From Phoronis australis (Eukaryota; Animalia; Phoronida): 64,000 nucleotides of DNA. Both the position numbers and the translations under genes were made by a program. Shown piece after piece: positions 1 to 14,000 of this stretch; position 1 is the stretch's first letter; every line of letters starts with the position of its first letter. The notes beneath the pieces were generated by a model. That model did not search any database and was not told the origin of the DNA. It saw nothing but the letters and a program-made list of their open reading frames with translations. The stretch is taken from positions 124,001 through 188,000 of the forward strand of contig NMRA01000099.1 of NCBI GenBank assembly GCA_002633005.1. Reading direction: 5' to 3'.

Positions 1-329
1 AATGACATCAGGCCACCTGCACTCTTTTTTTAAGGGTGCAAGGTATTTTTGTCCTAGGCATTGCCTGGGTGGCAATTCCAGTTTTATGTACTATTTCAAA
101 AAAATTTTCGTATAACCGTGTGTTAGACAAGTCTGAATTTTAATAGATTAGAGGGAAATCCATATTGTTTATAGGTTAAAACTTTGATACAAGATCAGTA
201 ACAAGTAATGGTCTCTAGCGGAGTACAAAATGACTTCACCTTGACGAGTGTCACCTCTTTATTTATTACAACACCTGTAATTTCCATGCAGTAAAAAGTT
301 CACCACTGTACCTACCCAGAGTAAGAGAA

Positions 330-560
330 GAGAGACTTTCTGCCACAAGGGGCAGTTGGGTCATGTGAAAATTCAGCAATGAATTGTGGGTCTGCTATTG
401 GATGCTCCATTATTCTCTAAGGGAGAACATAAAAATGGCAAAGTGAGAGAGGTGCCTCTTTCTGCCACAAGGGGGCAGTTGGGTCACATGACTATTTACC
501 AATGATTTGTGGGTCTGCTATTGGATGCTTCATTGTCCAAGGAAGAACTAAAAATGCCAT
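330..560. repeat. Diverged direct tandem duplication (2 x ~120 bp)
   Basis: tttctgccacaagggg(g)cagttgggtca...ttgtgggtctgctattggatgct...aaaaatg occurs at ~337 and ~459. Confidence 0.85.
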
Positions 561-1852
561 ATCATGACATTTTGATATAGCACACACAAGTCGAACAAAC
601 TGGCAATATCTAAAAGTTGAGATAAACATACAAGTTGTTGTTATGGAATCCATATAGGAAGCACACAGACCCTACTTTAGAAAAGCTGGTGCTTAATACA
701 TTATCTGTAGAAGCCCAATTTTTTATGTTAGAGTATCATGCACTATAGCCATGCCATTACAATATCTTAGCAACCGAGAATGATATAAGAGCTTCTGAAT
801 ATTAAACAATGACACAAAAATGTCAAGTGTTGTGAATTATCAGGGTGGAATTAATTTTGAGTCATTCACCAGAAAACTCAAATGACAAGATTAAATTATT
901 GAGTAGGAGTAGTGCTGAAGGGAGACATATACTGAGATATATATCTCAAGAGGGTACTGACTAAAACACAGGGATATGAGAGTGCCAGAAGACAAATCTC
1001 GCACAAAAAGGAGAATTTTTCACACATTCAACAGTTTCCATTATTCTTACCAGTTTACAACACAGAGAGTTTTATCAGTTGAAACAACAGCCTTGACCCT
1101 CCCTCCCAAAGGTATACTATTTGTAACAGTGAAAATGGAAATGATAAAAATTAAATGCAAACAATGCTGTACTGAAAAAAGAAATAAGGTCTCTGCCACA
1201 AATATTGATGCAGGGTTGCATTACACGAGGCAAAACACGTAAGGAACACTTGTAGCAACAAACAGGCCTACTCAGCAGAAAGTATGTTTACTTAAATCAG
1301 AACTTGCAGGATAATTCCTTCTCTCTGTGATTGCTTGGCCAAATTAGTTAGAAACACAAAATATAAGGACGATGTGAGTATGAAGTAGGTTTAAAGATGC
1401 CAAACATTTTTAAGGTGTTTTGGGATTAAAATTATCTGCCGCGAATCACTGAACCATGTCCAGGGGTGCTGGGGAATAACACTGCATGATGCCTGCTATG
1501 TGAGCCCGCGAGGTATGTCATTAGTGCAAAGATCACCTATTTACACAACTTTTGGTTTTCACACTTACAAGTTGTCAGTGAATACAGAAGCACTTTGTTT
1601 AGCGTAGATGATGTTCTGTACTTTAGTTCATGCTATACACTACCATTAGCTTGGAGTACGCAAATTTCTTTACAATATTCTACACTAGATCAACATTCAA
1701 GCCTTGCCAACCAATCAATTTAGTGGCAGCCATTTAGCTCTGACAAGCTAATTAATAGCGTCGCGAGCTTACTCGCGAAACACTCGCCTTTCACTCGCCC
1801 CAGTGTTATGATCACAAGAAACTTGACTCTTGGAACAAACCCCGGTACTTAC

Positions 1853-1963
1853 GCATTTATCTATACATTGTTTTCCTTTGGCCACAAGGATGTGAACAGC
1901 CAGCAGAGCAGGACTGGCATCCAGGCTGTTGAGTACTTGTCGGATATCACGGGGAACCACCCA
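1853..1963 (-). CDS. INTS8: Integrator complex subunit 8, internal exon (last INTS8 exon in the window)
   Basis: Acceptor ...catatttgcag| and donor |gtaagt; 111 bp, phase 0/0. Encodes WVVPRDIRQVLNSLDASPALLAVHILVAKGKQCIDKC, which resembles human INTS8 WEVPSVYSGVILGIKDNLTRDLVYILMAKGLHCSTVK as I recall it. Confidence 0.85.
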
Positions 1964-2182
1964 CTGCAAATATGAGAATGACTGAAACCCCCAACAAAGG
2001 AACATCAGGCATTACCAACATCGTTTATTCACAGACACTTAAAGCACAAAGTGAGACGATGTCAACATGTTTTATACACAACATGTTTCACTACCTTTGT
2101 CGCAACCAATATCAATCACTCATGAAACATAAGAAGCATGAAACAATGAAAGAGGATATACTCCTAATGCAAGTTTACATCA

Positions 2183-2646
2183 CATTGAATAATTCGGGAG
2201 ATTTCATCTGCGGCATTGCTGTCATTTTTCAAATGCAACGTGGTGCGTAAACATCCGGTAACGTTACAGATAAGCTGTGGATGTATGATCTGATTAACAC
2301 ATTGCTTTTAGGTGATGACATTTAACTGTAGCATGATCGGCATAGCCTGCTTCAAGAATCTTCCATGTTCACAAAAGACTATCTTGTAAATTTATGTATT
2401 TGTTCAATGCAGCTCGCCTTTGATCTTTTATTTTTGTATGAAGCTTGTTGTACTCATAATTTATCAAAAAACACGTTGAAGTGAACTTGCACTTTCTACA
2501 CTCAAGTGATTAGTGCTGTTCTGGTCAAGTTTACGTCACTATGTTATCTGTGACGTTAGCGGATGTTTTCAAGTTGACAACCATCCCAAAATGCATTTGG
2601 AAAATGTTATAAGTGCCGAGGACAAAATCCCCTGAACTGTCAAAAT
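2183..2646. mobile_element. Degenerate MITE-like element with long imperfect inverted repeats
   Basis: aaacatccggtaacgttacagataa (~2249) is the near reverse complement of ttatctgtgacgttagcggatgttt (~2544). The outer arms gatttcatctgcggca and tgccgaggacaaaatc also pair. Confidence 0.55.
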
Positions 2647-3174
2647 TAAGGAACAAAGCAAACAAGAAAACATTGTCCTTAACTAATCAAGCTAATACTG
2701 ACCACCCATGAATCAGTTTCCCACGGTTACATCCTGTTTTTTGTATCCTTTCTAGTCATTGAATGTGTTGCAGACACTTGATATAAACCATCACACACTA
2801 TGTCACACGCTTCAACATTTTTTTCTTTATCCTTGTTAGCTAGGCTATCATGGCTCAGTTGTGCAAATGGAGGTAAATATGTCAGTACTGATACAGTAAC
2901 TTGTAAGCAAAGACAGGAACCTGATTACAGAGTGTATCTTAATTCAAATACGATACTATATTTAGTCATATAGTCAAATTATGAGTGGTTCAGACAAACG
3001 TACCTTAAAAAATATGTTGTAGGGAACACAATTGTCCCTTCTACAGCATAAGATGGATGAGTTTTTACTTTTATCATCATGTTAATTGGCAAAGCAACTT
3101 TTAAGACTGTAAGAATGAGTTGTAGCCACACAGTGCCACCAAATTAATGATCCTGCAACTTTTATATTAATTAC

Positions 3175-3305
3175 TTTGTCACTGAGGGACACCATCTGTA
3201 ACGTCTTCATCGTCTGACTGAGTTCGTTGACAAGGCCGACAACTTCCTTTGGGTCGTAAGTGATGATGAGTTGACGCTCACGAGCCCCCAACTCAATAGT
3301 GTCGT
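3175..3305 (-). CDS. INTS8: Integrator complex subunit 8, internal exon
   Basis: Acceptor ttttcttttactcacatatctcgatag| and donor |gtaatt; 131 bp, phase 1/0. Encodes (D)DTIELGARERQLIITYDPKEVVGLVNELSQTMKTLQMVSLSDK, resembling INTS8 VNIGQLEHQLILSVDPWRIRQILIELHG...VSNK. The junction SDK|WVVP matches SNKWEVP. Confidence 0.85.
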
Positions 3306-4326
3306 CTATCGAGATATGTGAGTAAAAGAAAACAAAACTATTTAAAAAATATGTTTAAACAATCTCACGTTTAACTGGAAATCCTAATTCAAAAAACAGA
3401 CAATACTTTGAATATACTGAATAAAAGGTAAGATACTCAAGAAACACTTTCGCAAAGGCAATAAAAATTTTCATTACGGTACATAAGATAGATTTCCAAA
3501 CTTAAGGACACAATTTTCATTATGAAGTTTTTGAAAATAACAGAGAAAATCCTTGAAAATCTACCAAAATATTCATCAATCCCTTTTGTCATGAAACAGC
3601 ATTCCTCACATTTTAGAAATTTAAGTAAAAAGCACATTTCCTACAAAATACATTGTATGGAATGCAAGGACAAAACTTCACCAGCTTCCCCCATTGCCCC
3701 CTTTCAGGAACGAAAATACAATCACAACAATGCACTGTCTGAACATAATGGACAGACAAAAGTATTAGTGCGCAGTACAAGAATTTGACAACGGGGAATT
3801 GATCTAAGTATACCCATGCCAAATGATGTTGTATGGATTTCGCAAGCTATTATTTAACTTGCAAGATCCATGCGACGGGCGTTAGCGCGTTGCATGGTTA
3901 TCGCATATGGGACGCTACCATCATTTTCCTTTGTTGCGTCTTTGTTGGATGTAACAATACAAGTCACACAGATATCGGATATCGTACCTTGGGCGCCCAT
4001 CAGTTGATTACCGATAAATGCTTACCATTATCTGTATTATAAGAAAGAAAAGCAAAGTGAAGAATAGATATGCCTATCTACGGACATCTATGTGACGAGC
4101 TTGTGCCCTAGTTTCCCTCGTGGGTAGGGCATTGTTTTCTTTATCATAGCCTTTACAGGAAAACTTGCTAAGACACAACAAAGACACAAGAAATCTCTTT
4201 ATAAAAGAAAATTATCAAAACCAAATAAATCAAGTAATAAGACTAATCATTTTGGGTAGACATTTAAAAATGGTTTGGCTCTGGGGTTAAAGGATTTTAA
4301 TGGAATATTAAAAGTAAAATGCTCAC

Positions 4327-4496
4327 CTTTACTAAGGGACACGGATACAGGAGAAGACTGGATAACACCTGTGGGCAAATCATTGCCAGGGCGACATAGA
4401 CGTTCAATCTCCTTCAAAGAGAACAAGCTCTTCAAACTGGACTGTAAGATGTTGGTGACATAGCCACTCTCTCTTGGCAGAGTTTGGCTCAGGTAC
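4327..4496 (-). CDS. INTS8: Integrator complex subunit 8, internal exon
   Basis: Acceptor ttatcattctctag| and donor AG|gtgagc; 170 bp, phase 2/1. Open frame YLSQTLPRESGYVTNILQSSLKSLFSLKEIERLCRPGNDLPTGVIQSSPVSVSLSK; phases fit both neighbouring exons. Confidence 0.8.
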
Positions 4497-6498
4497 CTAG
4501 AGAATGATAACAGTTAACTTGATATGGGGACTGAAGTTAGGCTTTGATGGATTGTATCTGATCAGTACTCAGTTTCTTTTATCTTTTGACTTGAACTCAA
4601 AGCCATGTTTGCTCTAAATTATCAGACTGCGGTACACAAAGTACAAGGGGCTGTTTTGTCAAGTCCTGACCCATAGCATATTATCACTAACATGGGCATG
4701 TGATTTTTGAAAGAACAAACAAGTAGCAACTGATGTAACATTAACAAATATTCACATTCTGAGGCATAAAGATGACTTTCCTGATCCATCTTAATGAAAT
4801 GTTTCCAAATTAAAATCAAAGTTACGATTATCTTATCTAAGACCAGACTTGGGACTATTGGTAAAACAGTCCTCAGAAGACAAGCAACAAAGCATGTCAA
4901 TCAACTCTGACATGTCAAAAAAAACTAACGCAATGTCTTGGACAAAGTAATTACCAAAAATAACATTTTTCAATTTGTTTCCTTAAATCTTCCAGTAGAA
5001 ATAAGAAAGCAATAACCATTTAGCCACTCTGTGAAATTATATCAGTCACTAGATGGCAATAACAACATTATGACACAGTTCAATTCAACCATGTGATTTT
5101 TCAATATTTATGTTTCTGCAGTCACCACGCCTGCACAAGATCTTTGTAACTTAGCAGAGACAATGTTTTTTTTTGGAAAAACTAAATGAACCCGTGGTCA
5201 TTGATCTCCTTTTATGTCTTGGAAAATTTCATAAAACAAAAACGGTACCAGCTCTTGCAGGATTTAAAAGGATCATTTGTGACTATTGTAGAACTGAAAA
5301 GTATATGATTTTTCTACTATAACAATCAACACATTGATTTCAATAGAAGATGGACTCTTATGATAACACCATTAACATTTTTTTTTTTCTACTTACATTC
5401 TCTGTGTGAATGCGTACCCTTGTGTGTGTGTGTGCATGTGTGCGTGATTTTATACAATCTGTACATTATTTCATGAAAAAAATAAAATGCAAATTCATCA
5501 CAGGGTGATCAAGTTGTTTTAAGTTTCCTCAATGCGCATGTTTTTAAAATCCGAATTTTATGTGGTACTGAATCTAAAAATGTTCTCAAAATTCTCAATA
5601 TATTCAAATAATACAACTGTGCTTTAACCATTAACTTTCAAATCTCAAAACCAGGTCAAGAACGCCAAATTCGTCAAAAAACCTGCATGTATAGAACTAC
5701 CAAAATGTAATGCTTCATTCTTGAGAAATTAAGCTGACAACAATTGGTAACTGAAGCTACTTAACTTTCTTACTTAATGACCTTCAAAATGAGGTCAACA
5801 TGGCCAAAACAAGTGGAGTCAAGAAATATCCAACTAACGGCTTGGTAAAAAATATGAACAAATGTCCCCGGAGGAAGCTCTGTTCTGTCCAAAAATCAAC
5901 AGTGGTCATGTTCTCTGCATTAATTCAGGCTGTGCTCTCAACACAGCTGCCATTTTTCATGATTCTTCAAGCGATTTGGCAACTTGGAAGGAGGATGCAA
6001 AAAAGGGAATGAAAATAATACAAATGGATGAAGAGCGCAGAACAACTTGAATCTGCATGAAACTTGGCAAGTTCTCTCACTTCCTCCATAGAGATTTAGC
6101 TGCCAAATTTTATGTCGATCCATCACGGAACTTGGATATTAAGGCAAACAAAATTGTAAATTGCCTCAAGGGGATTACACAGTTGCTGAACTCGTCCCTG
6201 AAAACAATGGAACAGTGCTCTCTACCGTGAGGAAAACATTACTTATTTCATAAAGATCCATCAAAGCACCATATATTGAGACACAAGACAAAAAAAATGT
6301 CACTACCAGGCATCATAATTAAGTCACAGCTATTCGAAAATCAATGTCAGCTGTGCTCTTACCAATAGCAACACTTCTCAGATCCTCTGATTGATTTGGA
6401 TGAAGTAGATGCCAAAACAGATTTGAAAATAGTAAAAATGACCACTATGGGACAAAGAATACATTGAATCAGTATGAAATTGGAATGGCATCGTAGTC

Positions 6499-6699
6499 GT
6501 ACACCGGTATAGTGGTCCCATTGTACACCGGTATAGTGGTCCCTTTGTACACCGGTATCGTGGTCCCATTGTACACCGGTATAGTGGTCCCTTTGTACAC
6601 CGGTATAGTGGTCCCATTGTACACCGGTATAGTGGTCCCTTTGTACACCGGTATAGTGGTCCCATTGTACACCGGTATAGTGGTCCCTTTGTACACCGG
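6499..6699. repeat. Minisatellite, 24-bp unit x ~8.4
   Basis: Unit gtacaccggtatagtggtccc(a/t)tt repeated head-to-tail with no spacers. It explains the repetitive ORFs 6378-6713, 6469-6696 and 6512-6880. Confidence 0.97.
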
Positions 6700-7723
6700 G
6701 GGTCTTGGGCCACAGGAGGCTTACAGACTCACTTTTGTGACCATTTTTGGGGAAGCAACTTTGATGTTATTGGTATCCCAAACGAAAGTATTTTATAAAA
6801 GTAGAAAGGTTCCACGACTAAACTTGCACATTTGCATGAAATTGGACCGTAATCATGGAATGAATATATTAAAAAATTGAAAATAGATGTCCATTAGGGG
6901 GATACTCACCACTGGTTGCATACCAAAGTCAAAAAACAGTTTCCATAGAATCTTTTTCAGATTAAATGAAATTTTAAGGCAAATTTCTGAATTTATGTGC
7001 ATCACTGCAAATATTTTACTACAGCAACTGTTCTTGAAATTGCCATCAGGTTAAACATATTACCGTACTGTTAATGTCGCCTGTTGAGTTTGATAACACA
7101 TATTACAAATCTATCATCAATGTAGTTTGGAAACACTTGTTTTCCAAAAAAAATCATTATACTAAATGGCGACAACGATTCGCTAATTTAATTCCATGTC
7201 TTTCATACCTTCTTCAATAAGAGCGTTTAAATAATTTACACTACATCGATAAAAACCTATTTGCCAGATTTCATCAAAATCGGCCAAGAAACTTGGTAGA
7301 GGCAAACACGTAAAACTGCCACTACGGGGCACAGCAGTAGTAGATTCATCTGAAAGTCATCGTCATATGTCGCAATGTTTGTGGGAATGTACTTGGGAAC
7401 TTTCAGTTCTTGCTAGGGTTTCGGAGACACAACTGACGATGCCTGATGCTAGGAAGAAGATGACGACAGTAAGCACAGACGTTATGTAGGTGAATAATAG
7501 CACTTCTCTGTAATTATTGGTCAGTTATTATGGTACCCTTGTTTCTCCTAACATATCTTCTATTACTAATCATCAAAATATTGGCATTTAGTAATGACCC
7601 TCTGGTGGTTATTTGGCAATGTGGTAGGCGGGGATAGTTATAAGTCATACTACTGACTAAAACACAGGAGAGAGTAGAACCAATGACTACAAAACAATTA
7701 TTTTACTCGGGGGAAAGCCTAAT

Positions 7724-8037
7724 GAGTAGATCGACATGAAAATAATCATGGTTCAGGCAGTACAAACCGTGTTAACAGATTGCAACATTTGAAGATCTAA
7801 TGACACACAGAAAATACAAAGATATGAAACATGAATTTTCTCAAAAAGGTTAGTGACATCATCATCCGTAATGAGAGATATAAAAGTAGATCGGCATTAA
7901 AATAATTGTGGTTCATGCAGTACAAACTGCGTTCACAGAAAATGCAACATTTGAAGGTCTAATGACACACAGAAAATACAGTCAAGAAACACAAATTTTG
8001 CCAAAAAGGTTGGTGATATAATCATCATCGGTAATAA
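7724..8037. repeat. Diverged direct duplication (2 x ~160 bp)
   Basis: agtagatcg.cat.aaaataat..tggttca.gcagtacaaac...tgcaacatttgaag.tctaatgacacacagaaaataca...caaaaaggtt.gtga is present twice. Confidence 0.85.
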
Positions 8038-8763
8038 TATACTAAAAATCTGGAATAACATCTAAACATTAATGAGCACTTTTGTCTAAATGTCCATCAC
8101 ACTTTACCTTTAAATATCAAAATTCATTTAAATTCAACTCAATACAGACACTGATTTTTAATATATTTAAGTACTTACTATTTTAAATTAAAATAAGGCC
8201 AGGGAATTAATCTCCGCAAATGGAAGCAATGTGGAATTCACTTTGAAGGTTTTCATGCAAGACGACAAGTTGATTTTCTCCAAACCATCCCTCCTCTCTA
8301 GGCATTGACCCCAGGTGAGAATTTTACACACATTCTACACTTTTATGCATGTAAACATGGAAAAATGTGACTATGTATATATTCCTGGGTTCCATTTAAA
8401 TGATGATGATATTAAATAAAGATCCTTTTAGAACCGAATAGCCGTATTTTGAGAATGTCGGTATACAGTCGTTTCATCCATATCTCAAGGACTTGATTCA
8501 TCACCAGGTGTGCTCTCTTTCATTGAGGAATAATAAATAATAATAAATAAATAAATAAATAAATAACTTTTTTATAGAGGATAAAAACATGTTAAGTGTA
8601 AAACTTATCTACCACATGGTCCTCGAAATTACAATAAATAGATAAATCAAATAAATAAATAAGATGAACAATGATATGTACAGATGAATGAAAAATGAAA
8701 TAAATAAGTTAGTTGATATATAGAATTTTTGACATGCATGCAAACAACAATAAAAACAACACA

Positions 8764-8995
8764 AGGGATTCCTTAATGTTGGGGAGAATCACGTAGAAGG
8801 TCCGAGTACACCGCAGAAAAATCAAGTCCAAGATCTCTGTTCAGACTTCGTCCGTGGACTTTAATCTCAATAGCCTCCAATACATACGCTTCCACTTAAT
8901 CTGGGTGTAAGCTTTAATATACTGAAATCCTCATTAGAGAGCCTTGATGGTGTTAAGATCCCTGGCATGCTCTTGAATAACAGTGGTGGACTTCA
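8764..8995. mobile_element. Single arm of the fold-back repeat seen at 16108-16622
   Basis: gggattccttaatgttggggagaatcacgtag...gagtacaccgcag...atcaagtccaagatctctgttcagactt...ggcatgctcttgaata matches 16113-16345. Confidence 0.75.
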
Positions 8996-9446
8996 CCACA
9001 ACTGTATTCCAGGATCACACCACAACACCACACCTCTCTCGAGGGGGGGTGACACATCTTTCACTGATGGGAGGATGGACAGAATAGTGCCAAACAGCTT
9101 GTGAAACAACTTATGATGTGTTTTCGGTAAGTACCGGTATTATGAGTTTAGTGCCAACTATAACAGTAAGACGGGTGGCCAGTTATTAACCAGGGTCAAG
9201 ATGATGCCAAGTCTCTGATGAGGATTTCAGCTAGGGCATGTACTCAATGTAAAAAAATTGCTGCGCAAGCATGTAAAGCGAGGCAACCGTGTAAAAATAT
9301 GACACACTGGTGTGGCAAACCGTAGACATTTGACACATTTTAACATGTTAAAAACATGTTGAACGTGGAATACCGCATCAAAGTATATGATACGTTACAA
9401 GGCAAATGTGTTGAAAAATGCCACGTAAAGTATGGCAACTGTGTAA

Positions 9447-9608
9447 AAATGTGATGTGCAAACATGTCAAATGTGATGTGCAAACATGTCAAATGTGATG
9501 TGCAAACATGTCAAATGTGATGTGCAAACATGTCAAATGTGATGTGCAAACATGTCAAATGTGATGTGCAAACATGTCAAATGTGATGTGCAAACATGTC
9601 AAATGTGA
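9447..9608. repeat. Minisatellite, 22-bp unit x ~7.4
   Basis: Perfect copies of aaatgtgatgtgcaaacatgtc inside an older, degenerate related array (~9260-9725). Confidence 0.95.
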
Positions 9609-10852
9609 AAAAAAACTATCACGTTAGCATGTAAAGCACAGCAACTATGCAAAAATGTTACCGCTATCATGGAAACTGCGCAAAATACCACGTCAATGGT
9701 ATGAAGAGCGTAGAAAATGGGTACAGTTGTGGTTTTAGCTGTCTACATGAAACAATTAGTGACCTAGGCCAAAATCATGATATAACTTCAACGGACATGA
9801 ACATCAAACCAGATTCTCTCTCTTACATTATATTCTTAAAAACATAACAGGTCTTCCAAGTGGCAAGCAAAGAAATGAAAGCGCAACAGAAATAAATTTT
9901 TCTACCACTCTGCAACTGGTTTCATGAAAAAGAGTGCACTTTTATGTCGGTCTGTGTGTGTATATCACATACGTAAGTCATTCGTTGACCTGGTGGGGAA
10001 CACCTCTCTAGTCTACAGTACATATACTATGTAGGAACCTTCCACTTTGGCATGCAGGGCCATCAGAAACAGAACTGTTATGATTTTTTAAAAAAATAAA
10101 GATTGAATAAAATAAAAACGAAATGATAGTTGAGAAAACTACAACAGCAATTTTGAAATTGCGTCTTAAAGGTTTATATCAAACAAGATTTGGTTGTGAT
10201 ATTGATATCCTTATTTTGATAAACTTTACTGAAACACATAGTCACCGGACCCGTATAATGGCAGGAGAGCAAAAATTAAAAATTCCTATTCTTCAGACGG
10301 CCTATTTTCGGAACACATGTTCTTTTACCGAGCTAAAAACTGGTTTAGCTAAATACACAGGTCTTTCCCAACCTTAGACTCAACACATTGGTGGGAAATG
10401 GTCTCCAGCTTCATCAAGTTCATGGCAACGAAATATTCTGTGATTTAATACACCATTGTACTTAGCCAAGCTCAATTCAGTGTTTTTGAGACATCAACAG
10501 ACAAGCACAGGTAGCCCCAGACAGACGCCGGAGAGACGCAAGGATGACGGGCAGGATGCTGACTATATGCTATGCATGAAGTCGCTTCAGAGTTGAAGGA
10601 TTAGATGCTATTAGCTGGCAATGCTTTACAAAATTGTCAATACCGTAAGAATTGTTGCTATTTAACTCAGTGAGCATCCACTTCCCCAATCAATTAGACA
10701 CAACTACAGCCAATCATATCAGATCTCACACTGCAAGAAGCCACACCCCTACCATTAGAATGGAACGCTCTGGATGAGGAAACTTTCTCCCACTTCAGTG
10801 AGTCAAGAAGACAGATAAGCGGGATAGACTATGAGTGCACTAATTGTCTTAC

Positions 10853-10917
10853 CTGAGAAAGCACTTGATATTCTGCTTTTGAAGATCTCCAGAGTTCACC
10901 ACCACACGCTCACAGGC
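10853..10917 (-). CDS. INTS8: Integrator complex subunit 8, internal exon (most 5' INTS8 exon found)
   Basis: Acceptor ttctaatccttcag| and donor AG|gtaaga; 65 bp, phase 0/2. Encodes ACERVVVNSGDLQKQNIKCFL(R), joining to YLSQ; resembles INTS8 VCSRSVNLEKASESLKGNMAAFLKNVC. Confidence 0.75.
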
Positions 10918-11029
10918 CTGAAGGATTAGAAATAATATTGTTCTACATGTAACCACTTTGAACTTGAAAGACACTAAGCGACCCAAGCACATTACACCTG
11001 TCCTACTTATTTTTTATTATTTATTATAG

Positions 11030-14000
11030 TGAAATAAGGGTGCAGAACTACGAATAAAAATGGTCGAATATGAGTATAAATTATCTTTCACAATCAAAGA
11101 TGAAATGTGCTTTATCTTCAATTCGGTTTTTACAGACATGCCAAATCTAATCATTCACAGGAGTTTTGTAGTATCATCCCACCTCAACCTTCAATGGTAA
11201 AACACCTGCTCTCAATTGAGCTATGACAGACTTCTGAGACACCAGCAGACATAAATACTCTTCTACACAATAATCGTTCTAAACAGATCTAAGCGCAGTA
11301 TTGGTTTCTGTGATAATTTTTAACCAGTTTAACTCTTCTAACTGGAAACTGAATGCTTTGAAGCTTTCGAGAGACACAATTTGCTTGTTCCTGAAAATAT
11401 CTAAAAATCACATTTCTCCATAATTTTAAATATTGAACTGGGCCACTTGCTAGAATTCTGATGTCTAAGGTCCCATAAAAATTCTCTAATTGCCTAGTTA
11501 AAATTTCATTATAAATGAATTCCCTAGGTGTGGAATTCAATTTGAACGGCTTTCCAAATCGCATATCAAAAGAGTTCTCTGTACCAGGATCCTCAACATT
11601 TTCTTCACTGATATTCAGTGGAACAATTGTAGCATAACTTCTAAAAACATTCGGGTTAACGCCCATCCTCAATTTTAGGTGGATTTCCAACTTAAGCGCC
11701 CACTGCTTGGTTAAGCATCCCCCTGCAATTTTTGAAGATTTCCAGTTAAGCGCCCACCTCTCGGTTAAGCGCCCATCCCCGACTTTTAAAGAGTGAAGAT
11801 TTAGCGCCCAGTACTTAAGGAAATGGCGACTTTTAGATAAAGATAGATGATCACAATGAGCGCAACGAAGCCGCGCCTCCGGGACAGCGGTTCAGCAAAT
11901 GTTAATTACAATACAAGTAACGAATTGTTGTCCTGGGTCATGGACTTACTTCAAAATATAATACTTGAACGTTTTTGTCACTTTATTTTCTTCCCAATGT
12001 TCAGAAGTTTAAGAACCTATTTTGATGAATGTAACTGCCACGTTATAGAAGATGCTTGACGACTGAAGGGACAGTGTGCCTTACTGGGTTACCGATTTGC
12101 TGCCTCTCGATTTCTGACTTCAAAGGTTGGCAATACGTTGCTGTATGTTTTTGTATGATCTTGAGGTGACAAAAAACTGCTACTCAAGTTCTGTTTTTCG
12201 CTTATTGCATCTCAGTCAAACTGGCGTTATCAGATTTAAGATGTCGCTGGCTGTTCTTTAATAATATTTCTTGCGTCAACCCCCACCTAGGAGTGAATGT
12301 GTGAATTATCGTTCCCACATTCCCTTTCTAGTCATGCAAAATAATTTTGTTTTGGCTAGTTTCGGCCTGAACAAAAATTCTTACCATTCGAGTCTGAAAT
12401 ATCTACAACATAGACTGACTGAAAATTGGCGACAGTGGGTAGGAGGTGCACGCAGCTAGCTACGGACGTGGTACATGGGGCCTTAGGAACATCGAGCCGG
12501 GAAATATCGGAACAGACTTGACATCACAGTTTTGGGGAGCATTCGAATGGAGGAATATCGTAAAGCACTGGGTCTTTTGTAACAGCTTAAAAGTACGTAG
12601 TCACGCCCGTTTCTGCTACTTTGGACTGCGCTGTTCTCTTTTAATGTCCGACTTTGTAGTGGTGCACGCGCGTAAGTTCCCACACTTTGGAGTGCATGTT
12701 ACACCTTGACACCAACATGTGATTGACAGGTGACTCATACGGAGGCCCTATGTGCGTGCTGAATCCCGCCGCTATCTTTGGCCATAAAAAACAAGACGCA
12801 TACTGAAAGAGGCCGTTAAATTACTTGACAGCATTTCCAAGTCACGATTGTCAGCCGACTGAGACATTGGGTGCAATGCGATGTTGTAGGTGATATTATA
12901 ATAGGATAATCTGGACATCTTGCATGTAAAATAAATGTTTTTTCACCACGAAGTTTGGTAAGTTGATCATTTAAGAATGAATTGAAACATCCCTGTTTTG
13001 TGACGTTTTATCACATATTTATGCTGTGGCTCAAAACTTTACTCTTAATTGACGACGGGCTCACGTCCGCTTACCCCCCACCCCCCGATTCTTGTCTTAC
13101 TTCTTTGCCGAGCATATTTGGTGCAACGGCAAATGAACTATGCCGCGCAGTCGAGATAAAACAGCTGGCCGAAGAACCATACGCTGAAAATGTCATTGAG
13201 TCATGGAGTGTCGACTATAAACATACCAAACACAAAAAAACTTTCAAACTTTTATTACAACTAATTTTAAAACTGCTCTCTGACTCAGAACTTGACAGCT
13301 AGCACAAGACTGTAACCATAAATTTGATGTCTGCTGTAACCTCTGCAACCTGTGAGCTTGCACACAGCAGGCGCACTTTAGCTGGGTCACATCTTGAAAT
13401 AGTTGCAACCCAAGTGAAGGCTGTGTGGTCACTGGTCGTCTGTGCACTTAACAGATCAAACAAAGTAACAAGACCGCAGGACGGCATGGGCTATTACTCA
13501 GCAGTTTTGTAAATTTAACTGAGGCCAAGAGAACCTTTGTTGGGATCATCCGCTTTTATGACGTTTTTACTGTCATTTGGCGACGTGACGATAAAGCTCT
13601 TTGAAAAGTGCTACGCGTTCTGAGTACATGTGTTGTGTAGGGACTTAGATCACGATGTAAGATTAACCACCCACTGGGTTGCTGTCTGTCGTAATAAGTG
13701 CCCATGTTCGGTTAACTGCCCACCCCAGGATTTCTTGAAATTTCACCCTTAAGCACCCATGTCTGGTCAACCGCCATGGCGCCATCCCCGAATTTTTGGG
13801 TTTTCCAATTTGACCGCCCAGGGCGTTAACCCGAACGTTTATGGTAATACACTGTGGTCAGGTGGTTTTGATTTTTAGGACAATAGCCCATGCAAATGTT
13901 GTTTGTCATCTACCTCAGTCTGTACAAGTATGGACCTCAAATTTAAGAAAAGACTGAAGCGACTCATGTGGGACAATAAAGTAGTCTACAACAGCTCTTC

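Noticed and set aside
6378-6880. Repetitive ORFs (CTKGPLYR / YTGIVVPL) or a CRISPR-like array
   Set aside because: Head-to-tail 24-bp minisatellite with no unique spacers and no cas genes. The ORFs arise because the unit is a stop-free multiple of 3.
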